The notes under the pieces were generated by a model. That model saw only the letters and a program-made list of their open reading frames with translations. It did no database searches and was not told where the DNA came from. From the sequence record MT995927.1: DNA of 64,000 nucleotides, one strand, 5' to 3'. Every line of letters begins with the position of its first letter. The first letter of the stretch is position 1. Made by a program: the position numbers and the translations under genes. Positions 9,676 to 19,088 of this stretch are shown here, one piece after another.

Positions 9676-10506
9676 ATGGATATCATCGAGAGAGATGTAG
9701 GTGCTAATATTCCGATTAGCATTGGAACTTCTTTTGCTCTCGAAGGGCTTATAGGAACACATCCACAAAAGCCTAGACAACCAACTGATGTTAAGTCTAT
9801 TAAAGAAATATGGATTAATGTCCGTACTCTTGCAAGAAATATGTGGCAGGCTATGAAGTCTGAACAACAAACTAATATTAACTTGGTTGCAGCAGTCGAT
9901 GTTTTATTTCAAGAAGCACAAACAATCCCGGTTGCTTTACGGCAATCGGGGATAAAAGCAACTGTAAAATATTACATTACTGGTCGAGATGCAGTGAAGT
10001 GGTTATTCCCTAAAGCTACATTTAAAGTATCACGAACACCGCAACAATTAGCTTATGATGTTTATGAACGATTTGTATCAATTGAACTATACCAGAAGTT
10101 AAAAGATACAGATTTAATTACAATGGAAATATCTAATAAACCTCCAAAGGTTGAAGGTACTGTTTTACTATTAACCCATTTCCCACATGAACTATTATGG
10201 AAACCCCATTTTAATAGACTTCTTTTATTGGAATCCCACACGGGTAAAATAAAGACATACAACATGTGGTATACTAAACTAAATGGTTTAAAAGAAGATA
10301 CTCCATTTCCTTTTACATCATTTGCTATACAGATATTTGGCGATAAACAATTACTTGAACCACAAGACAAAGCTATCCGTGCGCAATTAAAACAATTGGC
10401 ACAATCTAGAAAATGGACAGGATTAACAACACCAGATAAAGTTCATCATGACATTACTGCTTATGGTTCTAAAGAGTTAAAAGAAGCATACAAGAAATTC
10501 AAATAG
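9676..10506 (+). CDS. Conserved hypothetical protein, 276 aa (gp66-like)
   Basis: Long ORF with SD AAGG between the nuclease gene and chmC. Confidence 0.8.
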   Translation: MDIIERDVGANIPISIGTSFALEGLIGTHPQKPRQPTDVKSIKEIWINVRTLARNMWQAMKSEQQTNINLVAAVDVLFQEAQTIPVALRQSGIKATVKYYITGRDAVKWLFPKATFKVSRTPQQLAYDVYERFVSIELYQKLKDTDLITMEISNKPPKVEGTVLLLTHFPHELLWKPHFNRLLLLESHTGKIKTYNMWYTKLNGLKEDTPFPFTSFAIQIFGDKQLLEPQDKAIRAQLKQLAQSRKWTGLTTPDKVHHDITAYGSKELKEAYKKFK

Positions 10507-10592
10507 AAGAAATACTTGTTGCGATAATATTACGTAGAAATCATTTCACATCTAGTTAAAAGAATCTAGTTTTAATTTGGAGTTATCACATC

Positions 10593-11333
10593 ATGTCACA
10601 ACAGCAGCCTAATGCACCCGTAGTTAACCCTTTTAATGTAATGAATACTTGGCTACATGCCAAACCATGCGAGGGTTCTCAAAAACGACCGACGCTACGA
10701 TTTGGTCTGTTTAAAAACCAACCACGGATTACTGTTCGTACTAATGTACCTGGTGATAAAGACCATGGTAAAATTGAGTTCAATACTGACCTAGCAACCT
10801 TTGCATGTTTCATTAAGTTTGCAATGGACTTAATTGAAGGTAAAACCGAAGATACTGAACGTGTCTTTGTTTACCGTAATAACTTCGTAGCTGGTAAGAA
10901 GCGTGATAATTTTATTGAGCTTTCTAAGCTACATGTTGGCCGTGCACAAGATGGTCGAATTTACATCGCAGTGCTAAGCACTCAACCAGATCGTCCAAAG
11001 ATCAAATTCTTCTTTGGCCCGTCCCAATTCCATGATATCCGCAAAGCAGATGGTAGTCAGCTATCACCTAAGGAAATGTCTGATGCTTATGCATACGGTT
11101 TCCTAGACCCCGCATATAAACTAGTAATGCATCTTCTAGTAACTGAATTCGATCCAGATGCTAAAGGTGTATCTAACCCTGCTAATTTCAACCAGGGTAA
11201 TGGTAATAGCGGTGGTTACAATAATGGTGGTCAGCGCAATAACTATAACAATGGCGGCAATAATAGTTATGCTAAGCCGGCTAATAATAGTTATAATGAC
11301 TCAGCTTTTGATGAGGATATGCCTTCCTTCTAA
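10593..11333 (+). CDS. chmC: ChmC, Whirly-like nucleus-associated RNA-binding protein (phiKZ gp67-like)
   Basis: Directly upstream of the gp68-like and picA genes; N/G/Y-rich disordered C-tail ending in acidic DEDMPSF. Confidence 0.75.
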   Translation: MSQQQPNAPVVNPFNVMNTWLHAKPCEGSQKRPTLRFGLFKNQPRITVRTNVPGDKDHGKIEFNTDLATFACFIKFAMDLIEGKTEDTERVFVYRNNFVAGKKRDNFIELSKLHVGRAQDGRIYIAVLSTQPDRPKIKFFFGPSQFHDIRKADGSQLSPKEMSDAYAYGFLDPAYKLVMHLLVTEFDPDAKGVSNPANFNQGNGNSGGYNNGGQRNNYNNGGNNSYAKPANNSYNDSAFDEDMPSF

Positions 11334-11408
11334 AACATATTTCGGTGCTTACTCTCGAAGTAGGCACCGATATGCCCTCAGTACTAAATGCCGTTATACT
11401 AAAAAAAA

Positions 11409-11425
11409 TTTGAGATCTATATTAC
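11409..11425 (+). promoter_or_regulatory. Early promoter
   Basis: TTTGAGATCTATATTAC with the TATATTAC core, upstream of the gp68-like gene. Confidence 0.75.
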
Positions 11426-11458
11426 TAACATGTATCTACATTGGTAAAAGAGGTTAAA

Positions 11459-13024
11459 ATGCAAATCATCGTTACAGGAGTTCAAGGTACTGGTTTTACT
11501 GAAGTGGCTACAGAACACAATGGTAAACGTTTAACTTGGACAACTACGGCTTATAGTAAAATCCGTGTACAAGATCAACAACGAGTATTCCAAGAAATCA
11601 ATGATTATTGGAGTGGCCTAAGTGCTGAGGCACAACAACATATCTGGAATTGTTATGTAGAAATTCGTAAGATTATGGATATGGCTATGGATCCGATGAG
11701 GATTGCAATGAGTCTATCCTATTACATCAAAGAGATGTATAAAGTCATGCCGATGAATAGTTTTCGGCGATGGCTACTAACTATTGGTAAACTTTATATT
11801 CCAGTAGATATTGAAGAAGTTATCACTGATGATTCACGATATAATCGACCAGATCAAACATATCTGAAACATGACTATATTAACCTTGCATCTGTATCAC
11901 TAGCTCTTCGTCCTTTAGTACCTATTTGGGGAGAGTTTATTGATCAGGGCACTTCTCAGGAAATGCATAAAGAATGTGAAGTAATTAGTCTCATCTCTGA
12001 TTGTGAGGTTAACCATTGGCCTGTTGATGAAATATCAATTGATGGAACTCCAGTAGAAACAGCTTATGATAAGCTAAGTGCATATGTTAAGTTTTGTGTA
12101 GAGGATGAAGCGCCCACCTTAGCCAACCTTTATAGAGGTATGAGTTCGGCTGAAGTGCCGGATATCTTACAGGCTAAAGTTATGGTTAGGCGATTAACCA
12201 TCCTGCCATTAAACGATGCTACCTCACATTCCATCGTTTCAAATATGTTTAGATATGTTAAGTCAAATCTAAACCCTGCTGAACGATCAACTGCTGACCG
12301 GGTTAATGATAAACGGCCAGATAAAGGTGGTATTGATGATGATGATAAAACATCATTTATCGAATCACATAAAACTAAACAGCGAGTTACTCCTGGTGAT
12401 ATCGTAGCTTATAACTTAGATGCTCTTGATGTAGTTAAACTGGTTCACAAAATCGATGACACTGTCCCACTAGAGTTAATTCAGGAATGTCTAGATTGCG
12501 TTGCAGTTACAGCTACTAAAGATATCTATCCACACCAGATATTACTTGCACAATGGGTGATGCACAAAGCTTTTCCTGCAAGAGCATTCAGCCACATTAA
12601 TAAGAACGCAGTTAACCATTTGTTGGCAGCAGCTCAGTCACTAATGTGGCATTGGGGTTTCCAACAAGTTGCTGTATTCATGCAAGTAGAATTGTATTAT
12701 AGTGGTGAACATGCAATGTCTATTCAACCACGTAATAGTACACGTATTCAAATTAAATATAAGGACGTGATGGATGAACTTTATCCACATCAACGACAAC
12801 AGCGAGCTATTAATGGTGTTCCAGTAGCACCTGTAAATATTGCGGGTATTGCTGTGCAATCTGCACATGCATCCATTAGATCTAGTAACTGGATCTATCA
12901 TGGACCCGATCGTCTATTCAAAGAAGCAGAACAGGTAACTCAGAATAAAGTCCTTGTTGTACCGGCCACAATTAAGTCGGTGATCACCGAACTGGTAATT
13001 CATCTGGGTAAACTTAATCAGTAA
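11459..13024 (+). CDS. nvRNAP promoter-specificity (sigma-like) subunit (phiKZ gp68-like)
   Basis: Sequence matches my recall of gp68 (xxIIVTGVQGTGFTEVATEHNGKRL...GKLNQ); SD GAGG. Confidence 0.9.
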   Translation: MQIIVTGVQGTGFTEVATEHNGKRLTWTTTAYSKIRVQDQQRVFQEINDYWSGLSAEAQQHIWNCYVEIRKIMDMAMDPMRIAMSLSYYIKEMYKVMPMNSFRRWLLTIGKLYIPVDIEEVITDDSRYNRPDQTYLKHDYINLASVSLALRPLVPIWGEFIDQGTSQEMHKECEVISLISDCEVNHWPVDEISIDGTPVETAYDKLSAYVKFCVEDEAPTLANLYRGMSSAEVPDILQAKVMVRRLTILPLNDATSHSIVSNMFRYVKSNLNPAERSTADRVNDKRPDKGGIDDDDKTSFIESHKTKQRVTPGDIVAYNLDALDVVKLVHKIDDTVPLELIQECLDCVAVTATKDIYPHQILLAQWVMHKAFPARAFSHINKNAVNHLLAAAQSLMWHWGFQQVAVFMQVELYYSGEHAMSIQPRNSTRIQIKYKDVMDELYPHQRQQRAINGVPVAPVNIAGIAVQSAHASIRSSNWIYHGPDRLFKEAEQVTQNKVLVVPATIKSVITELVIHLGKLNQ

Positions 13025-13040
13025 TAATTGAGGTAGTTCT

Positions 13041-14714
13041 ATGTTAGGTTTTAATAATTCAGCAATGGGTGGTAATACTGAAGTACAGATTGAATCATTC
13101 ATTCTAGTACAGACTGGTACTTATCAACCTGAGCATGTTCGACCATTCACTGTAGAGGTTACTGAGAACTCTATTGAACGTTTAAAAGAAGCGACTAATG
13201 ATGGTCGTAATCTAGGTGTTGCAGCTGTGCAGCAAATTGCAGCTGATGTGATTGCACCACGTGCTCAAACTCAAGGTGAAGTCCCTATCGTCAATGGTTG
13301 GGGTGAGCGTCGGTTTAGGTTCATGATGAAAGTATGGGAGAACAACCGCTTCTTTGGTAATACCCGTACATGTCGGATTCTATTTGGTTGCTCTGACCAT
13401 TGCTCTATTAGTCCGCTTAGCAATAGTCTAGATCCTAACATGCGTATCTATTTTAATAGTGAAACTGTTATTGTAGAACGCCAACGACCAACTGAGTTTG
13501 GTGTGGTCAAACAAGCACACATCCTAGGTTCTAACCAGATCCTTGCACCCGTCGATATCATGAGTGATATTACTATCCCTCAGAATGGGTTTAGCATGTA
13601 TACTGGGACTTCATCATATCTCCAACGACCAGAAGATGTTTTCCAGATTCAGCAAACAATGCAAGTAGCTAAACGCATTGAATCAACTGGACTACATCAA
13701 GGCGTATTTGATCGGATCATTGACCAACGCTCCAGTGTTGGTGAAGCAGGTACTTTCCAATATTCAAATCGCCGCGATACTTCTCCTACTCGTTATCTGT
13801 CTAGTACTCTTAATGCATGGCAGCATTCTGTTAAAGAAGCTGAGATGGCTAATAATGATAACGACAATATCTTTGGAGGTGTCTCTGATGAGGTGATGCT
13901 GGGTGATGCATCTGCTGTACTTCGAAATCAAGATATCCATTCCAATATGTTCATGCGCATTCTAAAAGAACGCTGCAATTACATGGAGCGCGGCTTTGTC
14001 ACGCTATCTGATCTACAAAAGGTATTTCCTGAGTTACTAGTGGATGGTGTAGTTAAAGCTGGCATGGATAATGGTAATTCTCAACGCTTCGTTAACCGAG
14101 CAGAGCATTCCATGCATTGGGGTGGTGCGGATCATCACACTGTTGCAGCATCTCTACTTGCACAAGTAGTTCCAGCAATCATGATGGATAACTATTTCCG
14201 GGTAACCTCCTTTGCAATTACAAATGGACATGGAGCGAATAACTATCTATTCGAAATGCATCCAAATGGTACCAGGAGTATCATGGATGGAATTGATATG
14301 ACTCCGCAGATCAATGACTTTGAACGTCGTCTTATTACCGATGCGATTAACAGTATTTCTTATGGTAATCAGATTCCGTTTAAAATCTCCATGCACTCTG
14401 ACTTAGCTGGTGATACTGTTATTGATATCAGTCTAAATCATGAATCGGTAGAACGATTTATTGCACCTACTTTCATTGATAGTCTGTTCAGTCCGGTTAT
14501 TACTCGGGATGCTGCCGCACCAGCAATGATCTCCAATGACCTTACCTATCTTGTTAAGAATGTTATCCCCACTAAGACTCAACAAAACATTCTAAACAGC
14601 AGTGGTCAGCCGATTAACATGCAACCGTATCAGCACCCTGTAGCTCAACCTGCTCAAATCAATCCTAAATTTGGTGATAACAATGCCTACGATTTCTCTT
14701 TCCAAGTTCTATAG
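13041..14714 (+). CDS. picA: PicA/Imp1, phage-nucleus protein import factor (phiKZ gp69-like)
   Basis: 557 aa, immediately after the gp68-like gene; SD GAGGT. Confidence 0.8.
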   Translation: MLGFNNSAMGGNTEVQIESFILVQTGTYQPEHVRPFTVEVTENSIERLKEATNDGRNLGVAAVQQIAADVIAPRAQTQGEVPIVNGWGERRFRFMMKVWENNRFFGNTRTCRILFGCSDHCSISPLSNSLDPNMRIYFNSETVIVERQRPTEFGVVKQAHILGSNQILAPVDIMSDITIPQNGFSMYTGTSSYLQRPEDVFQIQQTMQVAKRIESTGLHQGVFDRIIDQRSSVGEAGTFQYSNRRDTSPTRYLSSTLNAWQHSVKEAEMANNDNDNIFGGVSDEVMLGDASAVLRNQDIHSNMFMRILKERCNYMERGFVTLSDLQKVFPELLVDGVVKAGMDNGNSQRFVNRAEHSMHWGGADHHTVAASLLAQVVPAIMMDNYFRVTSFAITNGHGANNYLFEMHPNGTRSIMDGIDMTPQINDFERRLITDAINSISYGNQIPFKISMHSDLAGDTVIDISLNHESVERFIAPTFIDSLFSPVITRDAAAPAMISNDLTYLVKNVIPTKTQQNILNSSGQPINMQPYQHPVAQPAQINPKFGDNNAYDFSFQVL

Positions 14715-16062
14715 TGATCAAGTATTACCTGCTTTCCGATACAAAGTAGGTGAAGAGGATATGATCAGTATTCTCGATCCACTTGGTCGACCTGCGCCTG
14801 CAATGGTAGATGGTAAGCGACTAGTAGTACCTACTAAAGATTGGCTTCGTAAAGGGCTTGGCGATGATTACATCGCCTTCCACCCGCTATCTGAAAAGAT
14901 CTCTCGGCTAGGTACTTCTCAAGTACTACAACACATGCAACGTCAAGTTAAGGCTAACCTGATGTTCACTGTGAAATATCTTACTTCACGTATTTTAGAA
15001 GTAGCTGCCGACTCTACTCTGCATAAAGACATTCCGCCAGAATGTTCAGACTTTCTAAAGAAACTATCCGGTGCTAAGCCAGATACCATCGATTGGTTTA
15101 ATAAGGTTGTCAAAGCTGCTGAAAAACGTTCACGTTTTGTAAGCGTGTATCTAAAAGCAAATGGTAAATTTGATGGGAAGACAGTTAACCGTATCTGCGT
15201 TATTCGGTTCCCTATCGTAGAGGATCTTTATTCTAAAGATGATATCCTTGGAGTAAATGTACCTAAGAAACAGCGACCAGTTCTAATTGAACTATTTAAA
15301 CTGGTTGTACCATTTGGTGATTCACCAACTGAATATTCAGCAGGAACTGTTGAGCGGGTAGCACCTTATTTTGTATGTCTTATCCAGGCATTTAACAAAA
15401 TCACTACTCAGCTAAATAGTGTTATTGATAAGTATCGCCTGATCTTCGATGATGCTATTCAACCTTATTCAAAAGTTGATGAGAAAGTGATTGCTGATTT
15501 TGCAAAGATGCAACGTGAGATCCCGGCTCTTGATGGTAATGAAGGAGTCAGTAATGAAGTAGAAGAAGAAGCTTCTGAAACTGTAAACCCAGTTGCCCAA
15601 ATTCCTGTCCAGAAAAAGGATAGTGTAGTTAAAGTGGGTAATGCTGCTAAAGAACAAACTACTTCTACACGTGTACCAGTAGGAACAACTGTGAATGTTA
15701 ATCCATCCATGAGTCAAGCTGTGGCAATGACTCAGTCACCTCAACGTCCCGCACAACAAGTTCAAACTAGCAATAAAGCATCTATTCAAGATCTTCTAAA
15801 CGCTGGGCAGAAAAACCAATTTGCCCAACCAGGAATGATGCAACAACCTGTTATGATGAACAATAACTTTGCAATGCCTGGGATGATGCAGCCACAGCAA
15901 CCAATGATGGCTAATATGCATCCGCAAATGATGCAACTCATGGGCAATCAAATGCCAATGGGCGGTGGATTTGCACAAGCACTAAACCCTGCTCTAGCTG
16001 GTAATGGTAACACCGCGATGATGAATCTAGGTGGAAACCAAATGATGGGGCGTCTACTGTAA
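14683..16062 (+). CDS. Conserved protein with an M/Q/N/G/P-rich low-complexity C-tail (gp70-like)
   Basis: SD GGTGA; overlaps the picA end. Confidence 0.8.
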   Translation: MPTISLSKFYSDQVLPAFRYKVGEEDMISILDPLGRPAPAMVDGKRLVVPTKDWLRKGLGDDYIAFHPLSEKISRLGTSQVLQHMQRQVKANLMFTVKYLTSRILEVAADSTLHKDIPPECSDFLKKLSGAKPDTIDWFNKVVKAAEKRSRFVSVYLKANGKFDGKTVNRICVIRFPIVEDLYSKDDILGVNVPKKQRPVLIELFKLVVPFGDSPTEYSAGTVERVAPYFVCLIQAFNKITTQLNSVIDKYRLIFDDAIQPYSKVDEKVIADFAKMQREIPALDGNEGVSNEVEEEASETVNPVAQIPVQKKDSVVKVGNAAKEQTTSTRVPVGTTVNVNPSMSQAVAMTQSPQRPAQQVQTSNKASIQDLLNAGQKNQFAQPGMMQQPVMMNNNFAMPGMMQPQQPMMANMHPQMMQLMGNQMPMGGGFAQALNPALAGNGNTAMMNLGGNQMMGRLL

Positions 16063-16067
16063 CACGG

Positions 16068-16104
16068 CATAAACCAGGGGGCCTAAGGGTCCCCTGGCTT
16101 GCTT
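16068..16104. terminator. Bidirectional terminator between convergent genes
   Basis: CCAGGGGGCC-TAAG-GGTCCCCTGG, preceded by CATAAA. Confidence 0.8.
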
Positions 16105-16466
16105 TAAAACTTTTTAGTTTGATATAAGCTAACGAGGTGTTGAATCATGTCGTTATTCGGTATGATTAAATAGCTGGTATAATCATTAGCTGATGGATCC
16201 CTTAGAACTTTACCAAAATCATAAGGGCTAACTAAACCATTAACACGCATTTGAATCCACCACATATCAGGATTGACACGGCGTTCTGCCATGTATCCAT
16301 AAAAGTTTCCTTCGAACTGGTAATACAGTTCAGGTGGAATCTGAATACGTGTGGATCTGACATTACGTAAGATATTCAAATGAGTCTCAATAATTAATCT
16401 GAACCCTGGTTCATAATAAACAGATTCACCTGAATCTGGCTGATTAGCTAACAGTGTGAATGCCAT
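16104..16466 (-). CDS. Putative baseplate wedge component, T4 gp53/LysM-like, ~120 aa
   Basis: Segment NPDMWWIQMRVNGLVSPYDF resembles the gp53 signature (WxxlxxNxixdP); fold is inferred. Confidence 0.5.
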   Translation of the reverse strand: MAFTLLANQPDSGESVYYEPGFRLIIETHLNILRNVRSTRIQIPPELYYQFEGNFYGYMAERRVNPDMWWIQMRVNGLVSPYDFGKVLRDPSANDYTSYLIIPNNDMIQHLVSLYQTKKF

Positions 16467-16487
16467 AACAAATTCCAATAAATTTTA

Positions 16488-16504
16488 TTTAAGATCTATA
16501 TCAT
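16488..16504 (+). promoter_or_regulatory. Putative early promoter variant
   Basis: TTTAAGATCTATATCAT, near-identical to the 11409 element, upstream of the nvRNAP beta gene. Confidence 0.6.
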
Positions 16505-16536
16505 TGATTTGTAATTAGTAAACAGGAGGTATGTAA

Positions 16537-16650
16537 TTGGTGATACCAGACATTGAAGTCTTACAAAAGGCTATATCTAAAAACAGTGCAAATAAGAAAT
16601 ATAGTAGTACTGCATCTTGTCTAATTAATGGTGATAAACAAAATGGCTGA
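16537..16650 (+). CDS. 37-aa upstream ORF overlapping the nvRNAP beta start
   Basis: AGGAGG 7 nt before TTG; its stop lies 8 nt inside the next gene. Confidence 0.4.
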   Translation: MVIPDIEVLQKAISKNSANKKYSSTASCLINGDKQNG

Positions 16651-17821
16651 ACTAGGTAAACGTGAAATTGATCTAACCCTATTAGGGCATACTGGTTTAG
16701 ATCCTTGGTATGGCACTACCTCATCTGCACGGGGTGCTATGTTTGTAACACACATTGGACAGGCACCGGAAGTAAATGGAAATGAATCGCGTTATTTCCT
16801 AACGGGTGCTGAATTAGAGTATGCCAAGTATACACATGATGTTCGTTTTCCTGAGGATTGTCGTGTACTACACGTTCTTAGAAAATATCCAACGGGTATC
16901 GGTAAAGACAGTATTAGATCTAACCCGGTAACAACTATTATCTACGAAAACTATTTTGACAAATATAAAACCATTGGCGTCTTACATGTTCCCGAATACA
17001 TGAGTCATCACCAAGACTTTGGTTATGAACTTGTAAAGAATCGAGAAGTATGGGAAACCATTGCCCCAAATGAAATGTTCTCTAAAGACACAGTAATTGC
17101 ACAGTCTGGTGCAGTTAAGAAAGATGGTACTTTAGGGATGGGTGTTAATGCTAATGTTGTATTCCTATCTGCGGCAGGTACCATTGAAGATGGATTCGTA
17201 GCTAATAAGAACTTCCTTAAAAGGATGATGCCAACTAGTTATAGCACGGCTGTAGCTAATGCTGGTAGGAAAGCTTTCTTCTTAAACATGTATGGCGATG
17301 ATAAGGTCTATAAACCATTCCCGGACATTGGCGATGTTATCCGACCAGATGGTGTAATCTTCGCTATCCGTGACCATGATGATGATCTAGCTCCTGCCGA
17401 GATGACTCCTAGGGCACTTCGTACACTAGATAGAACTTTCGATAGAGCTGTCATTGGTACACCTGGCGCAAAGGTTATTGATATTGATATCTGGCGGGAT
17501 GAGCGTGTAAATCCATCACCTACTCCAACAGGAATGGATGCACAATTAGTTAAATATCATACTCATCTTAGCAGTTATTATCGAGAACTATTAAAGATCT
17601 ATCGTGGTCTATTAGCACGTCGTAAAGATGATCTACATATTACTGAGGAATTTGAACGTCTTATTGTAACTGCACAGATGTTCCTACCTCAACCTGATAA
17701 TGTCCGTAAATTATCTCGATTCTATCGGCTAGATCCACTAGATGAATGGCGAGTAGAAGTAACTTACAAAGCCCAAAAGATGCCCGCTGGTGCTTTTAAG
17801 ATGACTGATTTTCATGGTGGT
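16643..17821 (+). CDS. nvRNAP beta C-terminal subunit, exon 1 (phiKZ gp71-like)
   Basis: SD GGTGA; GTIEDG motif; ends KMTDFHGG; spliced product is 700 aa. Confidence 0.92.
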
Positions 17822-18134
17822 AATTAATATCTATCCATCTTTTAGGAGGTGAGATGGATGTTTTAAAATTGCCTGCTTGATTTCGAAAGAATCAAGTAAA
17901 TCCTCTCTAATTGCTGGGACATCTCATTGAGACAATCAGCAGCGAAGCTTTCCAGAAATGGATTGAACGTTCAACGACTATCCGGTTACGCGGAGTACAC
18001 TCAAGCGAGTGGAAATGGGAGGGGCCTGACCACCTAGGGTGAAGGTCAAGATATAGTCTGGTCTGCATGGCGACATGCAGCTGCCTGCAATACGAGAGGC
18101 GGGGTAAGCGTAGCGAACTTACTTGAACATAACG
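17822..18134 (+). mobile_element. Group I self-splicing intron, 313 nt, no homing endonuclease
   Basis: U17821 and terminal G18134. P1 GGU|AAUU pairs with AAUUGCC 17867-17873. Core P (17909), Q (17934), R (17969), S (18048). Removal gives FHGG-KGVICKV. Confidence 0.93.
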
Positions 18135-19058
18135 AAAGGTGTCATCTGTAAAGTAATGGAAGATGAAGATATGCCTATTGATGAAAATGGTAATAGGGCA
18201 GATCTAATTATCTTTGGTGGTTCAACCATGCGTCGTTCAAATTATGGTCGAATTTATGAACATGGTTTTGGCGCCGCTGCACGAGATCTAGCTCAACGCC
18301 TACGTGTTGAAGCTGGACTAGATCGACATGCCAAACCAACCCAGCAACAACTAAATAGTGTAATGGGTAACACGCAATGGGTTGATTATGCATTTAAAGA
18401 GCTATTAGGTTTCTATGAGATCATTGCTCCAACAATGCATAGTAAAATGATGGACCACCCAAATCCAGCAGAACATGTTAAAACAGTGCTAATGGATGGG
18501 TTCCCATATATCTACGCACCAGTTGATGATCCAGTGGATCTAATGGCAGCAGTTAATAAGTTAATTAATAGTGATAAGTATCGACCACATTATGGGAAAG
18601 TATCTTATCGAGATCAAGCTGGTAAATGGGTAACAACTAAAGACAATGTCTTAATGGGTCCACTTTACATGATGCTACTAGAAAAGATTGGTGAAGACTG
18701 GTCAGCGGCAGCATCTGTAAAAACACAACCATTTGGTCTACCTTCTAAGTTAAACAACGCTGATAGGGCTAGTACTCCTGGTCGAGAAACAGCTATCCGG
18801 TCATTCGGTGAATCTGAAACTCGGTCATATAACTGTACAGTTGGTCCAGGTCCGACTGCTGAAATCTTAGACCAAACTAATAACCCATTGGCGCATGCTG
18901 CGGTTATTGAGTCTTGGCTAACAGCAGAAAAACCTTCATCTGTACCAGTTGCAGTTGATCGTGAAAAGATCCCATTTGGTGGATCTCGTCCAGTAGCTAT
19001 GTTTGATCACCTGCTTGAATGTAGTGGTATTGCATTAGAATATGCCCCTGATCATTGA
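18135..19058 (+). CDS. nvRNAP beta C-terminal subunit, exon 2 (gp73-like)
   Basis: Starts KGVICKV; contains ADLII and SFGESE motifs of RpoB. Confidence 0.92.
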   Translation, partial: KGVICKVMEDEDMPIDENGNRADLIIFGGSTMRRSNYGRIYEHGFGAAARDLAQRLRVEAGLDRHAKPTQQQLNSVMGNTQWVDYAFKELLGFYEIIAPTMHSKMMDHPNPAEHVKTVLMDGFPYIYAPVDDPVDLMAAVNKLINSDKYRPHYGKVSYRDQAGKWVTTKDNVLMGPLYMMLLEKIGEDWSAAASVKTQPFGLPSKLNNADRASTPGRETAIRSFGESETRSYNCTVGPGPTAEILDQTNNPLAHAAVIESWLTAEKPSSVPVAVDREKIPFGGSRPVAMFDHLLECSGIALEYAPDH

Positions 19059-19088
19059 TCAGGGGTTTAATAATACAAGAGGTAAATA

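Noticed and set aside
18123-18134. TTG start of a stand-alone 311-aa gene
   Set aside because: These bases are the intron 3' end (TTGAACATAACG).
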